Source: Candidatus Bathyarchaeum sp.
GTDB taxonomy: Archaea; Thermoproteota; Bathyarchaeia; Bathyarchaeales; Bathyarchaeaceae
Length of the DNA: 64,000 nucleotides
Reading direction: 5' to 3'
NCBI GenBank assembly: GCA_020344315.1
Contig: CP070820.1
Location: 30,682-94,681, forward strand
The notes under the pieces were generated by a model. The model ran no database searches. It was not told where the DNA came from and saw nothing but the letters and a program-made list of their open reading frames with translations. Positions 9,939-19,172 of this stretch are shown piece after piece. The translations under genes were made by a program, and so were the position numbers. Positions within the stretch are counted from its first letter, which is position 1, and every line of letters starts with the position of its first letter.

Positions 9939-10733
9939 TTGGAGGTTCCAGAGAAACATTTAGAGACACTGGTACATTTAGGATTAACCAGTTGTCAAGC
10001 GAAGGTTTACCTTGCCACTATTAAAAACGGAATAACTTCGGCAAAAAAAATTTCTGAAGTCACCAAGATTGCTCGACCTTATGTCTACAGGGTAATAACA
10101 GGGCTTGAAAAGTTGGGACTAATCGAAAAATCAATAGACAAACATTCTGTGATTAAAGCTATTCCTCTGGAAGTCGGAATCTCTTTTCTGGTTAAATGCA
10201 AAAAGCAGGAAACCCTGAGCATAACGAAGAAAGCAGAGAGACTAATTCGAGATTTCAAAAAAAATGCTAACGAAAGGATAGATCAAGATTACGCACCTCA
10301 ATTCATTTGGCTTTCTAAGAAAGAACCATACATTAGAAAGCGACGGGAAGAAATCTATAACGCTCAAACGAGCATCGATTTTGTCACCTCATGGAAAAGG
10401 CTTCCTCTCACTGCGTATACCTTTGGTGAGAATGCAGAAGAAGCCTTGAAACGAAAAGTAAAAATTCGGGTTATCATGGAAAAACCTCCAAAAGAACATT
10501 CACTTCCAATGACCATACAGAAATTCAAGGACTATCCAAATTATGATCTCAGGTATAGTCCTAACCCTCCTTTGGCGGTAATAGGCATTTTCGATAGGAA
10601 AAGAATTATTTTTGATGCCGCCTCATCAGCAGGTCTGGCAGAGTGTCCTGCTTTGTGGTCAAACAACACAAGTCTCCTTGCTGCAATGCTAGATTACTTC
10701 GAAAATTCATGGATCAGAGCCCTAAAAGAGTAA
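9939..10733 (+). CDS. TrmB-family transcriptional regulator
   Basis: N-terminal wHTH LGLTSCQAKVYLATIKNGITSAKKISEVTKIARPYVYRVITGLEKLGLIEK plus a roughly 150-aa C-terminal TrmB-like domain. TTG start. Confidence 0.75.
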   Translation: MEVPEKHLETLVHLGLTSCQAKVYLATIKNGITSAKKISEVTKIARPYVYRVITGLEKLGLIEKSIDKHSVIKAIPLEVGISFLVKCKKQETLSITKKAERLIRDFKKNANERIDQDYAPQFIWLSKKEPYIRKRREEIYNAQTSIDFVTSWKRLPLTAYTFGENAEEALKRKVKIRVIMEKPPKEHSLPMTIQKFKDYPNYDLRYSPNPPLAVIGIFDRKRIIFDAASSAGLAECPALWSNNTSLLAAMLDYFENSWIRALKE

Positions 10734-10852
10734 CAGTAAAGCATTAATGGTGAGCAATTTGTGGACGCATATTAGATGGGAATTATGGTAAATTTTTATC
10801 GATTCAATTTCAGTCTCTTCTAGCTAACGTTTTATCAAGTTACCATAGTTAA

Positions 10853-11332
10853 CTATTCTTGGCTTGTGTAGTAGTCTTCAGGATTTTCGAAGATGGACTT
10901 CACGCCTTCCCGCTTTTTCTTAGAGTTGATTTTACGCAGTAGCTTCACAACATCCTTTGGAGTGCTGAAACTTTCAGTTTTGCCATCAGGACGCTTTCTG
11001 GTGACCTTGATGCAGTTGTCTACACAGCAGCAGAGCACGCATGCAGTACAGTAGATGCACAAATCCTCTTCGATTCCGATATCTCCAGCTTTCCAGAAAA
11101 GGGCGTAGGTGGGACAGGCTTTTACACACAAATTACACTCTATTCCAAGGCAAGTTCGCATATCGATCTTAATGCTTCCCTCTTCGAAGCATTCCTTAAC
11201 CTCCATGGACTCCAGAAGCTCAGCCCGCCTGCTCTTCTTTTCATCTTTCTTCTCAGAAGCCTCCGAGAGGAGATCATAAATGTTCACGCTTGAATCCTTG
11301 CTCTTTTCTGGCATTTCAGCAATCTCCTCCAA
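10853..11332 (-). CDS. 4Fe-4S ferredoxin-domain protein
   Basis: Two Cys clusters, CLGIECNLCVKACP and CIYCTACVLCCCVDNC, flanked by charged tails. Confidence 0.7.
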   Translation of the reverse strand: MEEIAEMPEKSKDSSVNIYDLLSEASEKKDEKKSRRAELLESMEVKECFEEGSIKIDMRTCLGIECNLCVKACPTYALFWKAGDIGIEEDLCIYCTACVLCCCVDNCIKVTRKRPDGKTESFSTPKDVVKLLRKINSKKKREGVKSIFENPEDYYTSQE

Positions 11333-11441
11333 AGCCCCTTTACTCTTTGTTTCAGAGTTGTAATCTTCCTATAGAATATTATGTATTTATTTCGGATAAA
11401 CCCTTAGAAAACAGAGCATTGAGCGTCACATGTGATGCAAA

Positions 11442-12305
11442 GTGGTTGGCAGATACAAAGCTGTTGCGATTAAAACGCAATACTGGAAGCCGGGAGAAAA
11501 TTACCTCAAACAATTAGTGAAAGCGATAGATGGTACAGTAGAGGATGGAGATTTTGTAACAGTCTCTGAAAAAGCAGTCTCCACGGCATTGGGCAACCTA
11601 ATCGACGAGAAAGAGGTTGAAGCAAGCTGGCTTGCACGTTTTCTAGCCAAATACTGGATGCGCTTTATTTGGCCCTACATCCTCGGACCCTTGTGTCACC
11701 TAAGAAAGAGAACCATCAATTATCTCCGGTCATATCCGCTTGAAGAGGGGAGTCTTCACAAGCAGGTAGCCATACTGCACAGTGGTTTCCTGCAAGCTCT
11801 TATGCATGGGTCAGAGGGCGCTATCGATGGAAGCAACCTTCCCTACTCCTACGTCAGCCTTCCCTTGGAAAACGCCCAAGAGATTGCCCAACAACTCCGG
11901 GAGCGAATAGAATCTGAACTTGGAAAAAAGGTGACTGCTGTTATAGTGGACACTGACAAGACTTACTCTCTACGGGGACTCCATTTCACTCCTCGCCCAA
12001 AACCCCTCAAAGGAATACATTCTTGCGGAGGATTCCTAGCCTACTTGGCTGGAAGGTTATTCAAGTTAGAGAGAAGAGCTACTCCCCTAGCAGTTGCTGG
12101 TTCTCAGATAACAACCGAAGAAGCTCTTGAGATTGCCAAGATAGCTAATCGAACCCGGGGGGCGGGGACAGGCAGAACTGTTTGGGACATGGCAAAAACT
12201 TTCAACGTCAAACTGACGGGCGTAACTTGGAAGATGCTTGAGAGCGTGGAACACCGCCCCATAGTAATTATAAGACCCAAAGAGAATGAAACATTAACTT
12301 CATAG
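11442..12305 (+). CDS. F420-0:gamma-glutamyl ligase (CofE)-like protein
   Basis: KPGENYLKQLVKAIDGTVEDGDFVTVSEKAVSTALGN, AVIVDTDKTY and TPLAVAG resemble the CofE fold motifs. The assignment is tentative. GTG start. Confidence 0.45.
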   Translation: MVGRYKAVAIKTQYWKPGENYLKQLVKAIDGTVEDGDFVTVSEKAVSTALGNLIDEKEVEASWLARFLAKYWMRFIWPYILGPLCHLRKRTINYLRSYPLEEGSLHKQVAILHSGFLQALMHGSEGAIDGSNLPYSYVSLPLENAQEIAQQLRERIESELGKKVTAVIVDTDKTYSLRGLHFTPRPKPLKGIHSCGGFLAYLAGRLFKLERRATPLAVAGSQITTEEALEIAKIANRTRGAGTGRTVWDMAKTFNVKLTGVTWKMLESVEHRPIVIIRPKENETLTS

Positions 12306-12324
12306 AGTTTTAGGAGACAAGAAA

Positions 12325-13821
12325 ATGAACACGCGCATTGAGCAGATGCACACCTTCTTTGATCCGAAGGCAGTGGCTGTGATAGGGGCTTCCCGCAGAA
12401 CCATGAAAGCCGGACACGTTATCTTCAAAAACTTCGTCATCAACAAACGAAGAAGCCTCTTCAAGGCAAACCTATATCCGGTCAACCCTAACGAAAAAAG
12501 CATTCTAGGTTTCCCCTGTTACCCCTCAGTGACAGAGATAGACGAAGAAGTCGATCTAGTCGTGATAGTTGTTCCCGCTAAAATCGTTCCAAAAGTTATG
12601 CAGGAAGCCGCCGCAAAAAGAGTGAAAGCAGCTGTAATAATCAGCGCCGGTTTCAGCGAGGTTGGCAACCATGAACTAGAGGAGGAGGTAACGGCAATCG
12701 CCAAGGATGCCGGGGTTCGTGTTCTTGGTCCCAATTGTCTCGGCGTCTATGACTCGAAAACTGGCGTGGACATGCTATTTCTTCCCGAAACGAAGACCCT
12801 TACTACAGGGGATGAAGTTGTTGCTACTCCCCGTCCCATGGCAGGTCCCATAGCAGTAGTGACCCAGAGTGGCGCCTTCGGCGCTGCAGCCCTAGACTAT
12901 CTGTCGGGCAAAGAGATGGGAGTAAGCAAGTTTGTAAGTTTTGGGAACAAGGCAGACGTCACTTCGTCGGAGATGCTTTCTTACCTTTTGTATGATGACA
13001 GAACGCGGGTGATTCTCTTCTACGCTGAGAGCATAGATAATGGAAGAGAGTTCATGGAAGTTGCAAAGGAAGTTACCCGGAAGAAGCCCATTGTTGCTTT
13101 GAAAGTGGGGAAGACAGAGGCTGGAGCTAGAGCAGCTGCATCTCACACAGGGTCAATAGCAGGCACAGATAGAATCTACACCAGCGCCTTCAACCAAGTC
13201 GGCGTCCTAAGAGCCAGAGATTTCGAAGATTTCTTTGACATGGGCAAAGCCCTAGCCTTTCAGCCTCCGGCTACTGGAAAAAATGTTGCAATAATCACGG
13301 ATGCGGGCGGACCAGGCATAATGGCTGTTGACGAATGCGTCTCCTTGGGACTGAACGTTGAAAGGTTTGCTGACGAGACTGTAGAGAAGTTTGAGGAGCT
13401 AAAGCGGGAAGGAAAGATTCCCCGTTTTGCAACTAACCTGAATCCGGTTGACCTGACGGGTTCGGTGACCTCTGAGATGTTTGAGAGGGGTACACGAATT
13501 CTTTTCGAGGACCCTGAAATCGATGGCATCATTGTTTTGGGGCTGCATCATCTTCCGGCGTTGGATGAGGATTTCGTGGATCGCGTGGCAGAACTACGTA
13601 GAGGTTACACTAAACCTGTTGTTGCTTGTGATGTTGGCGAGACGGAGATGGCTCTTCACATCCGTTCAAGATTTGATAAGCTGGGGATTCCCTCCTATTT
13701 TTCTCCAGAGGATGCAGCGCGGGGCATGGCTGCCCTTGTCAATTATGGCCTCTACCTGAAAAAGTGCGGACAATTTAACCAGTACATGGAATCATTCTTG
13801 GAACGATCAAAAGTTGCCTGA
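12325..13821 (+). CDS. acdA: ADP-forming acetyl-CoA synthetase, alpha subunit (CoA-binding/succinyl-CoA-synthetase-like)
   Basis: FFDPKAVAVIGASRR...YPVNPN...VDLVVIVVPA...ISAGFSEVG...LGPNCLG...SHTGSIAG. No beta-subunit gene is adjacent. Confidence 0.8.
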   Translation: MNTRIEQMHTFFDPKAVAVIGASRRTMKAGHVIFKNFVINKRRSLFKANLYPVNPNEKSILGFPCYPSVTEIDEEVDLVVIVVPAKIVPKVMQEAAAKRVKAAVIISAGFSEVGNHELEEEVTAIAKDAGVRVLGPNCLGVYDSKTGVDMLFLPETKTLTTGDEVVATPRPMAGPIAVVTQSGAFGAAALDYLSGKEMGVSKFVSFGNKADVTSSEMLSYLLYDDRTRVILFYAESIDNGREFMEVAKEVTRKKPIVALKVGKTEAGARAAASHTGSIAGTDRIYTSAFNQVGVLRARDFEDFFDMGKALAFQPPATGKNVAIITDAGGPGIMAVDECVSLGLNVERFADETVEKFEELKREGKIPRFATNLNPVDLTGSVTSEMFERGTRILFEDPEIDGIIVLGLHHLPALDEDFVDRVAELRRGYTKPVVACDVGETEMALHIRSRFDKLGIPSYFSPEDAARGMAALVNYGLYLKKCGQFNQYMESFLERSKVA

Positions 13822-13828
13822 GGGAGTT

Positions 13829-14206
13829 TTACGGTTGGTCTTTTAGCCATTGGGCAACCTTTTGGAAGAGTGGGCTTGTGGTCATGTCGATGACGGGAAC
13901 CATGATTCTCTCTTTTGTCTCAATTATCGGTCGGTATTGGGGCATAAGGGCGTAACTTACGAAGGCCCAGAAAACCTTTTTTTCTTCAATAAGCGCCTTT
14001 GCTGCAATCTCGGTGGATGTGGGCAAGGGATAGTAGATGAAGACGACTCCGTTTGCCCAGTAGACTCCTGTTGTTTTTCCTCCCACAGCGATGTTTGCGA
14101 AGCGTGCTAGATCATCAACCGTCTTGAAGTGGGTATGCTCCATTATAATGATTTCTTTGAAGGATTCACCCTTAACAACTGGACCTTCCATAACAAAAAC
14201 TTCCAC
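13829..14206 (-). CDS. Hypothetical protein
   Basis: 125-aa ORF with coding-like composition. It converges on acdA. No family recognised. Confidence 0.45.
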   Translation of the reverse strand: MEVFVMEGPVVKGESFKEIIIMEHTHFKTVDDLARFANIAVGGKTTGVYWANGVVFIYYPLPTSTEIAAKALIEEKKVFWAFVSYALMPQYRPIIETKERIMVPVIDMTTSPLFQKVAQWLKDQP

Positions 14207-14273
14207 AACACATTCTCATGTAGACACCATAATAAGAATTTGGGTATGCAAACTTAGACGTCTTAATGGTTTG

Positions 14274-14334
14274 GTCAAAGTTTCTTGACCTAATGAAATA
14301 ATGCAAAAAGAATTTTTAGTCAAAGTTTCTTGAC
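14274..14334 (+). promoter_or_regulatory. Operator pair: two copies of GTCAAAGTTTCTTGAC, 45 bp apart, upstream of the PEF-CTERM beta-helix gene
   Basis: Copies lie at 14274-14289 and 14319-14334. The proximal copy ends 35 nt before the TTG at 14370, with the A/T box CATTAAATAA between them. The same motif recurs at 54799-54902 and 58434-58494. Confidence 0.7.
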
Positions 14335-14369
14335 AAAAACCCTTTTCTTTTGCATTAAATAACAGATTA

Positions 14370-15926
14370 TTGGTGCCTTTGGTGGGGAAACGAAGGACAA
14401 CGCTAGTTGTGTTACTAGTTCTTAGTTCTTTCATAGTCTCTACTCGAGAAATTGAATTCGCAGCAGCAAATTATGTTTACGTTACGACTTCAATTCCTAA
14501 ACCAGCCTTCATTATTAGGAATGACGGAAGCGTTCACTCCACCGATAATTTTACAGTTCCAATTCGACAAGTAGGAAACTTCTATATTTTGACTGATGAC
14601 GTTGTTGGTTATACTATTGCTGTTGATTGTGACAACATTGTAATTGATGGGGGAGGTTACACCATTCAAGGTTATGGTAACTCGACTGGGATTTTCATTA
14701 AAAACCGAAACGGAGTAACAGTAAGGAACATGCAAATTAGCAACTTTTCCTACGGGATTAGGCTCTTTTCAGAATATATAGATGGTTTTACAGGCAACCA
14801 TATTGTTTCTGGAAATGATTTAACAAACAATTTATATGGTATTTACATGAGTTCCCAATCTAATAATGTGCTTAGAAACAACAGAATGAATAATAACAAG
14901 CATAGTTTCCACGTTACAGTCTATTCCTTTTTTGAGATGTATAGTTTTGATATCGACCCAGCAATTTTTTATCACGACATTGATACTTCAAACACTGAGA
15001 ACGGCAAGCCAATCTATTATTTTGTGAACGAGCAAAACATGTTTGTTCCCAATGATGCGGCGTATATTTGTCTTATAAACTGCACAAAAATGTTGGTTCA
15101 AAACTTTGAGCTCTCAAAAAAAATACGAGGTATCACATTGGTTTCCACTACATACTCAAATATTACACATAATAAAATAACAAACAATATCCGTGAAGGC
15201 ATATACCTCTTCAAATCTGCACACAATTTAATCTCTGAAAATGATATATCCGACAACGGTGACGGCATCTGTGTTTACAAATCATCCTCAAACAACTCGA
15301 TATTTGGAAACAACATATTGTACAACGAGGGTTATGGCATTCAGATTTCTGGTTCTTCAAAGAACATTATCTCCGGAAACAACATAGCAGAGAACGCCAA
15401 TTGGGGTATTGAATTAAAGGGCAATACAAATTCCATTCTAAAAAACTACATAGCAAAAAACGGAAAGGGCATCTTTTGCTATGGTTCTTCTCACAACAGG
15501 ATTATTGGAAACAAAGTTGTAGAAAACAATGGTTGGTGCATACGACTAGAAGAGAATCAAAAAAACAACTCGATCTATCATAATTACTTCATAGACAATA
15601 AAGTGGAAGAAGGCCTTCAGGTATACATGCTTGGATTCCAAAAAGAACTTCTTGTTTGGGTACATGCGAATCCTTGTGTTTGGGATGATGGCGAAAGAGG
15701 TAACTACTGGAGCAATTACACAACAAGATATCCAAATGCCACAAAAAATCCTGAAACGGGAATAGGAGATACACCATTCTATATTAACATAAACAACATA
15801 GACCATTATCCAGTTATGGAAATAAGTGCAATCCCAGAGTTTCCATCATGGATCTTTCTACCGTTATTCTTAATGGCTACCTTTGTTGTGGTAATCGTCA
15901 AAAAAAGACTGCGCCATCCACATTAA
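14370..15926 (+). CDS. Right-handed parallel beta-helix (NosD/pectate-lyase-like) surface protein with PEF-CTERM sorting signal
   Basis: It has a signal peptide. About ten beta-helix turns follow (NNITxNxxxGIxL-type: ISENDISDNGDGICVY, IFGNNILYNEGYGIQI, ISGNNIAENANWGIEL). The tail is PEFPSWIFLPLFLMATFVVVIVKKRLRHPH. Confidence 0.85.
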   Translation: MVPLVGKRRTTLVVLLVLSSFIVSTREIEFAAANYVYVTTSIPKPAFIIRNDGSVHSTDNFTVPIRQVGNFYILTDDVVGYTIAVDCDNIVIDGGGYTIQGYGNSTGIFIKNRNGVTVRNMQISNFSYGIRLFSEYIDGFTGNHIVSGNDLTNNLYGIYMSSQSNNVLRNNRMNNNKHSFHVTVYSFFEMYSFDIDPAIFYHDIDTSNTENGKPIYYFVNEQNMFVPNDAAYICLINCTKMLVQNFELSKKIRGITLVSTTYSNITHNKITNNIREGIYLFKSAHNLISENDISDNGDGICVYKSSSNNSIFGNNILYNEGYGIQISGSSKNIISGNNIAENANWGIELKGNTNSILKNYIAKNGKGIFCYGSSHNRIIGNKVVENNGWCIRLEENQKNNSIYHNYFIDNKVEEGLQVYMLGFQKELLVWVHANPCVWDDGERGNYWSNYTTRYPNATKNPETGIGDTPFYININNIDHYPVMEISAIPEFPSWIFLPLFLMATFVVVIVKKRLRHPH

Positions 15927-15934
15927 CGCTCTGG

Positions 15935-16942
15935 CTATGCTGGGGCTGCTCTGGCGGGAATCTTCAATCTTTTCTCGATTTCTCTTGCGAAGATTCTTGC
16001 AGCCTCTGACCTGTGGCTGTCAGTAATAACCAGTTCTGGGTTACATCGTTCCACATACTGAAGCAGTTCATTAAAGTCTGAGTGGTCACTCAAGGCAACC
16101 ATATACTCGCCTTCTCCTACTCTGCGGCACGGCTTCCCAAACTGCCAACCACTCGCAATAATCCGCAAAGCCTCCCCTCCAACCCTCTTCCGAGAATACA
16201 TGTGATAGAAAACTACACAGGAATCACGTTGACTCAGCATAGACTGAGCCCTCTCACCATCAAATGCAAGAAGATTTCTCCCCAGCTTCATTCCATGCTT
16301 CTCACAGACCTTTGAAACCCGGAAAATCCTTTCTGGAACAATAAAGGGCGTCTTTACCTTCGCCTCATACAATATTCGCATCATCTTCTGAAGCTTACCA
16401 TGATACCCAAAAACGTAGACCGGACCGCGGCTCAAACCCTGCTCCACCAGAGAAACAAGGATGCCCTCAGCCATCATACCGAAGGGTCGAACACGAAATG
16501 GATCCCCATAAGTAGCCTCCATAACCAATATGTCCGCCTCCACCACGGGAGTCCTAGAAAATCTGAAATCACTAGTATATAATATCCGTGTCTTCTCCTT
16601 ATCCTCCACAAGAGCCTGCGCAGTTCCCAAAATGTGATCCGCATAATGCAACGTCAGCTGCTCATCCTCATAGGTTAAAGCTTCTCCATAGTCAAGAGTT
16701 TTTATGTTTCCTCTCGCGAGAAAGCGGGGACCTTTCAAGGCTTCTATTAGGTCTCGGGTAGCCGGAGTCATCACTGCTACTTCACAGTTCTTTAAACTCT
16801 TTCCCAGACCCATCATATGGTCGGCATGGGCATGAGTGACTACTCTTATCGGTCTGCCCTCAGCATAGGCGTCACACGCAACATGCTTTCCCAAAAGAAC
16901 TGCACCCAAATTAGTTACTGTAGCTTTCGATTGCATGTGCAA
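15935..16942 (-). CDS. MBL-fold hydrolase of the beta-CASP type (RNA/DNA-processing nuclease-like)
   Basis: HAHADH metallo-beta-lactamase motif, and a C-terminal SDHSD...ELVITDSH block resembling beta-CASP motifs B/C. Confidence 0.6.
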   Translation of the reverse strand: MHMQSKATVTNLGAVLLGKHVACDAYAEGRPIRVVTHAHADHMMGLGKSLKNCEVAVMTPATRDLIEALKGPRFLARGNIKTLDYGEALTYEDEQLTLHYADHILGTAQALVEDKEKTRILYTSDFRFSRTPVVEADILVMEATYGDPFRVRPFGMMAEGILVSLVEQGLSRGPVYVFGYHGKLQKMMRILYEAKVKTPFIVPERIFRVSKVCEKHGMKLGRNLLAFDGERAQSMLSQRDSCVVFYHMYSRKRVGGEALRIIASGWQFGKPCRRVGEGEYMVALSDHSDFNELLQYVERCNPELVITDSHRSEAARIFAREIEKRLKIPARAAPA

Positions 16943-17122
16943 CGCCTTTGTCCATTTCAGCCTCTTCGAATATTAGAACGTCTAATACTTCTTGTACAAG
17001 CTTTTAAACAATTCTTGAAACGTTCGTGCCTAAATCTCCATGTTCTCAGCTTTGTGGACCGTTCGTTGGAAAATTTCTCGAACAAAAGACAGATTGACCA
17101 GAAATTCTAGGTCCATTCTTGC

Positions 17123-17551
17123 TTATTTTCCAGCTTTCAGCATGCAGTCTACCATTTTTGGGCAGAACAAACACTCTTGAGGGATAGGCGCATCTTTTGG
17201 TCGGTTAGCCAGATATCCGAAATCTTGAGGGCAATCTGAAGTTTTTCTCTCCTTCTCTTGAAGTCTGTTAGAATCGAGAATCAAATCTTCAACTTTCCTC
17301 AACACTTGAGAACCAGATTCCTTTGCTTCTTCTAAAACAGCTTGTTTCGGTGGAGTGGATACAGGTTTCTCCACAATTTCCTCTTGTCTAACCGGAGTTT
17401 TGGGTTCCAGTTTGATGAAGCAGTGGGGACAAGCATCATACTGTTCTGCCGGCGAGACGGATAGGTTGGTCAGAAGAATGGGTTCTTCAATTTCCCTGCT
17501 ACATCTTGGATTCGGACAAACAACGATTACAGATTCTTCGGGCAATCCCAT
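17123..17551 (-). CDS. Zinc-ribbon protein with conserved C-terminal CPxxFGYL...IPxECLxCxxxxxC motif
   Basis: N-terminal CPNPRC...CPHC ribbon and C-terminal CPQDFGYLANRPKDAPIPQECLFCPKMVDC. Function unknown. Confidence 0.5.
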   Translation of the reverse strand: MGLPEESVIVVCPNPRCSREIEEPILLTNLSVSPAEQYDACPHCFIKLEPKTPVRQEEIVEKPVSTPPKQAVLEEAKESGSQVLRKVEDLILDSNRLQEKERKTSDCPQDFGYLANRPKDAPIPQECLFCPKMVDCMLKAGK

Positions 17552-17648
17552 CGCTTCTCAAGCCTTCATTGTTAGACTCTGATCTATACACAATATATAG
17601 GCTTAATGAACCCAGAATCCTTTTCAGAAATTCAGAATCTTTTCCATC

Positions 17649-18902
17649 TCAGTTTCCAGAAGTTCCAGTCGAGCTTGAGCTTAACCATTTGTTACCCTTT
17701 AGAGCTCTCCATGTTAACAACAGAACATATTCTAATACTACTAAATTGATCAAGCTTACTATGAGAACCACTGGGTCGCCATCAGCAATGAAACTCTTAG
17801 CGTTAAGGAAGGATAGGACGTAAGCTTGATTGATGAGATAGGTCCCGCTTAAAATTGAATAGACGGGACGCATCTTTTTAACAAATGGAATCAACAAAGC
17901 CATTACACTGAGAGCCGGGAAGAGATATCGCTCGTGAATCCGTGTTGGAAGCATAAAAAAACCGAAAAACAGCAGAAAAGCCGAGAATAAAATCACTAAT
18001 TCTTCTGAAACCCCAAGACGCTTGTAAACAAAATACAACGTAAAAGCAACCAAGGCTCCAAACATTATCCAACCAAGGGTGTAAAGATTGATGAAAAGGA
18101 AAGTCGTAGTGTCGGGTTTCCACATACCACCGAAACCCCAGATGTTAAACGCATTAATCGAAGTGTAATCGTAGGTGCTGTAAGCACCAAAATAGATGTC
18201 ACTTAAGAAAGTGATTGGATTGCTATCAGTCCACTCAAGAGGCAGAATTACCGCAAAGACCGTGACAATGGCTGCGCCTAATGAAGTGACAACTCCACGC
18301 CAATTGTACTTTCTAAAAATGAGAAAAACCAGTAGAGGAGCCAAAGCTATGCTTTGCGGCTTAGTGAGAATGCCCAGCATGAAAGCTACTGCTGCCAGCC
18401 TGGGTCTAGATTCGAAAAACAAGAGCAAAGAGAGGATGAGGAAGAAAGTGTATATAGCGTCAAATTGGCCCCAAATTGCCACATTAAAAATCACTGCTGG
18501 ATTAAAGGCATAAAGAGCAGTAGCTATCAACGCCATCTTTAGGTCGGATCGCTTTCGTACAAAGATAAATATCAGGACTGAAGTTGCCAGATCAAAGAGG
18601 GTTGGAGGTAACTTGATGATATACGCCATAAGGCTGGAACCAAAAAGCGAGAGACTCTCAGCTATAGAGCCGAAAACCCAGAAAATATAGATGTTAAATG
18701 GGGGATAATCAACCCAGTTTACTACGTTATAGAAAACCCTCGGACCATACGTGGCAGCGGTGTTGAACCAGGACTCGAATGCACTCAGATCGTTCTCGCA
18801 ACCGGGCAAAGGAAAAAATAAGACTTTTACTACAAGCGCGGAGAAAAGCAGCACTACTAAAATTGTGGCTTCCCTTCTATCGAAAGAAATTGTTATCTTC
18901 AT
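17649..18902 (-). CDS. Polytopic GT-C-type membrane glycosyltransferase (ALG6/8- or PMT-like)
   Basis: At least 10 predicted TM helices. The first-loop motif ...WVDYPPFNIY resembles the DYPP(L) loop of ALG6/ALG8-type lipid-linked sugar transferases. Confidence 0.55.
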   Translation of the reverse strand: MKITISFDRREATILVVLLFSALVVKVLFFPLPGCENDLSAFESWFNTAATYGPRVFYNVVNWVDYPPFNIYIFWVFGSIAESLSLFGSSLMAYIIKLPPTLFDLATSVLIFIFVRKRSDLKMALIATALYAFNPAVIFNVAIWGQFDAIYTFFLILSLLLFFESRPRLAAVAFMLGILTKPQSIALAPLLVFLIFRKYNWRGVVTSLGAAIVTVFAVILPLEWTDSNPITFLSDIYFGAYSTYDYTSINAFNIWGFGGMWKPDTTTFLFINLYTLGWIMFGALVAFTLYFVYKRLGVSEELVILFSAFLLFFGFFMLPTRIHERYLFPALSVMALLIPFVKKMRPVYSILSGTYLINQAYVLSFLNAKSFIADGDPVVLIVSLINLVVLEYVLLLTWRALKGNKWLSSSSTGTSGN

Positions 18903-19172
18903 CTTTCCTTGCGCCCATTCAGGATATACAAATTCGCCGTGTTTTGGATAAATAGCTTTCTAGGTTCCTTCTACGATTTGGCAATTACTAATAAATCAGG
19001 AAAACATGAATCCAGTTCTTGAAGTTGGTATCTTTCTTCGGAGTTTTGGTTAATGGAAGATAAACTAGTTAAACGCTGTATAACTTTAAATCATGGGTAG
19101 TCTCTAAGTTTTTGTTTGAGGTGCATAATCGTCAATTTCAGGTCGAGAAATCTTCGTTTATGGTGAGAAAAG

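Noticed and set aside
14274-14334. Regularly spaced identical 16-mers (43-45 bp period here and at 54799-54902 and 58434-58494) could be read as mini CRISPR arrays.
   Set aside because: There are only 2-3 copies per locus, and the repeats are 16 bp palindromes. The spacers are themselves conserved between loci. The arrays sit exactly at promoters with fixed spacing to start codons, and no cas genes are present.
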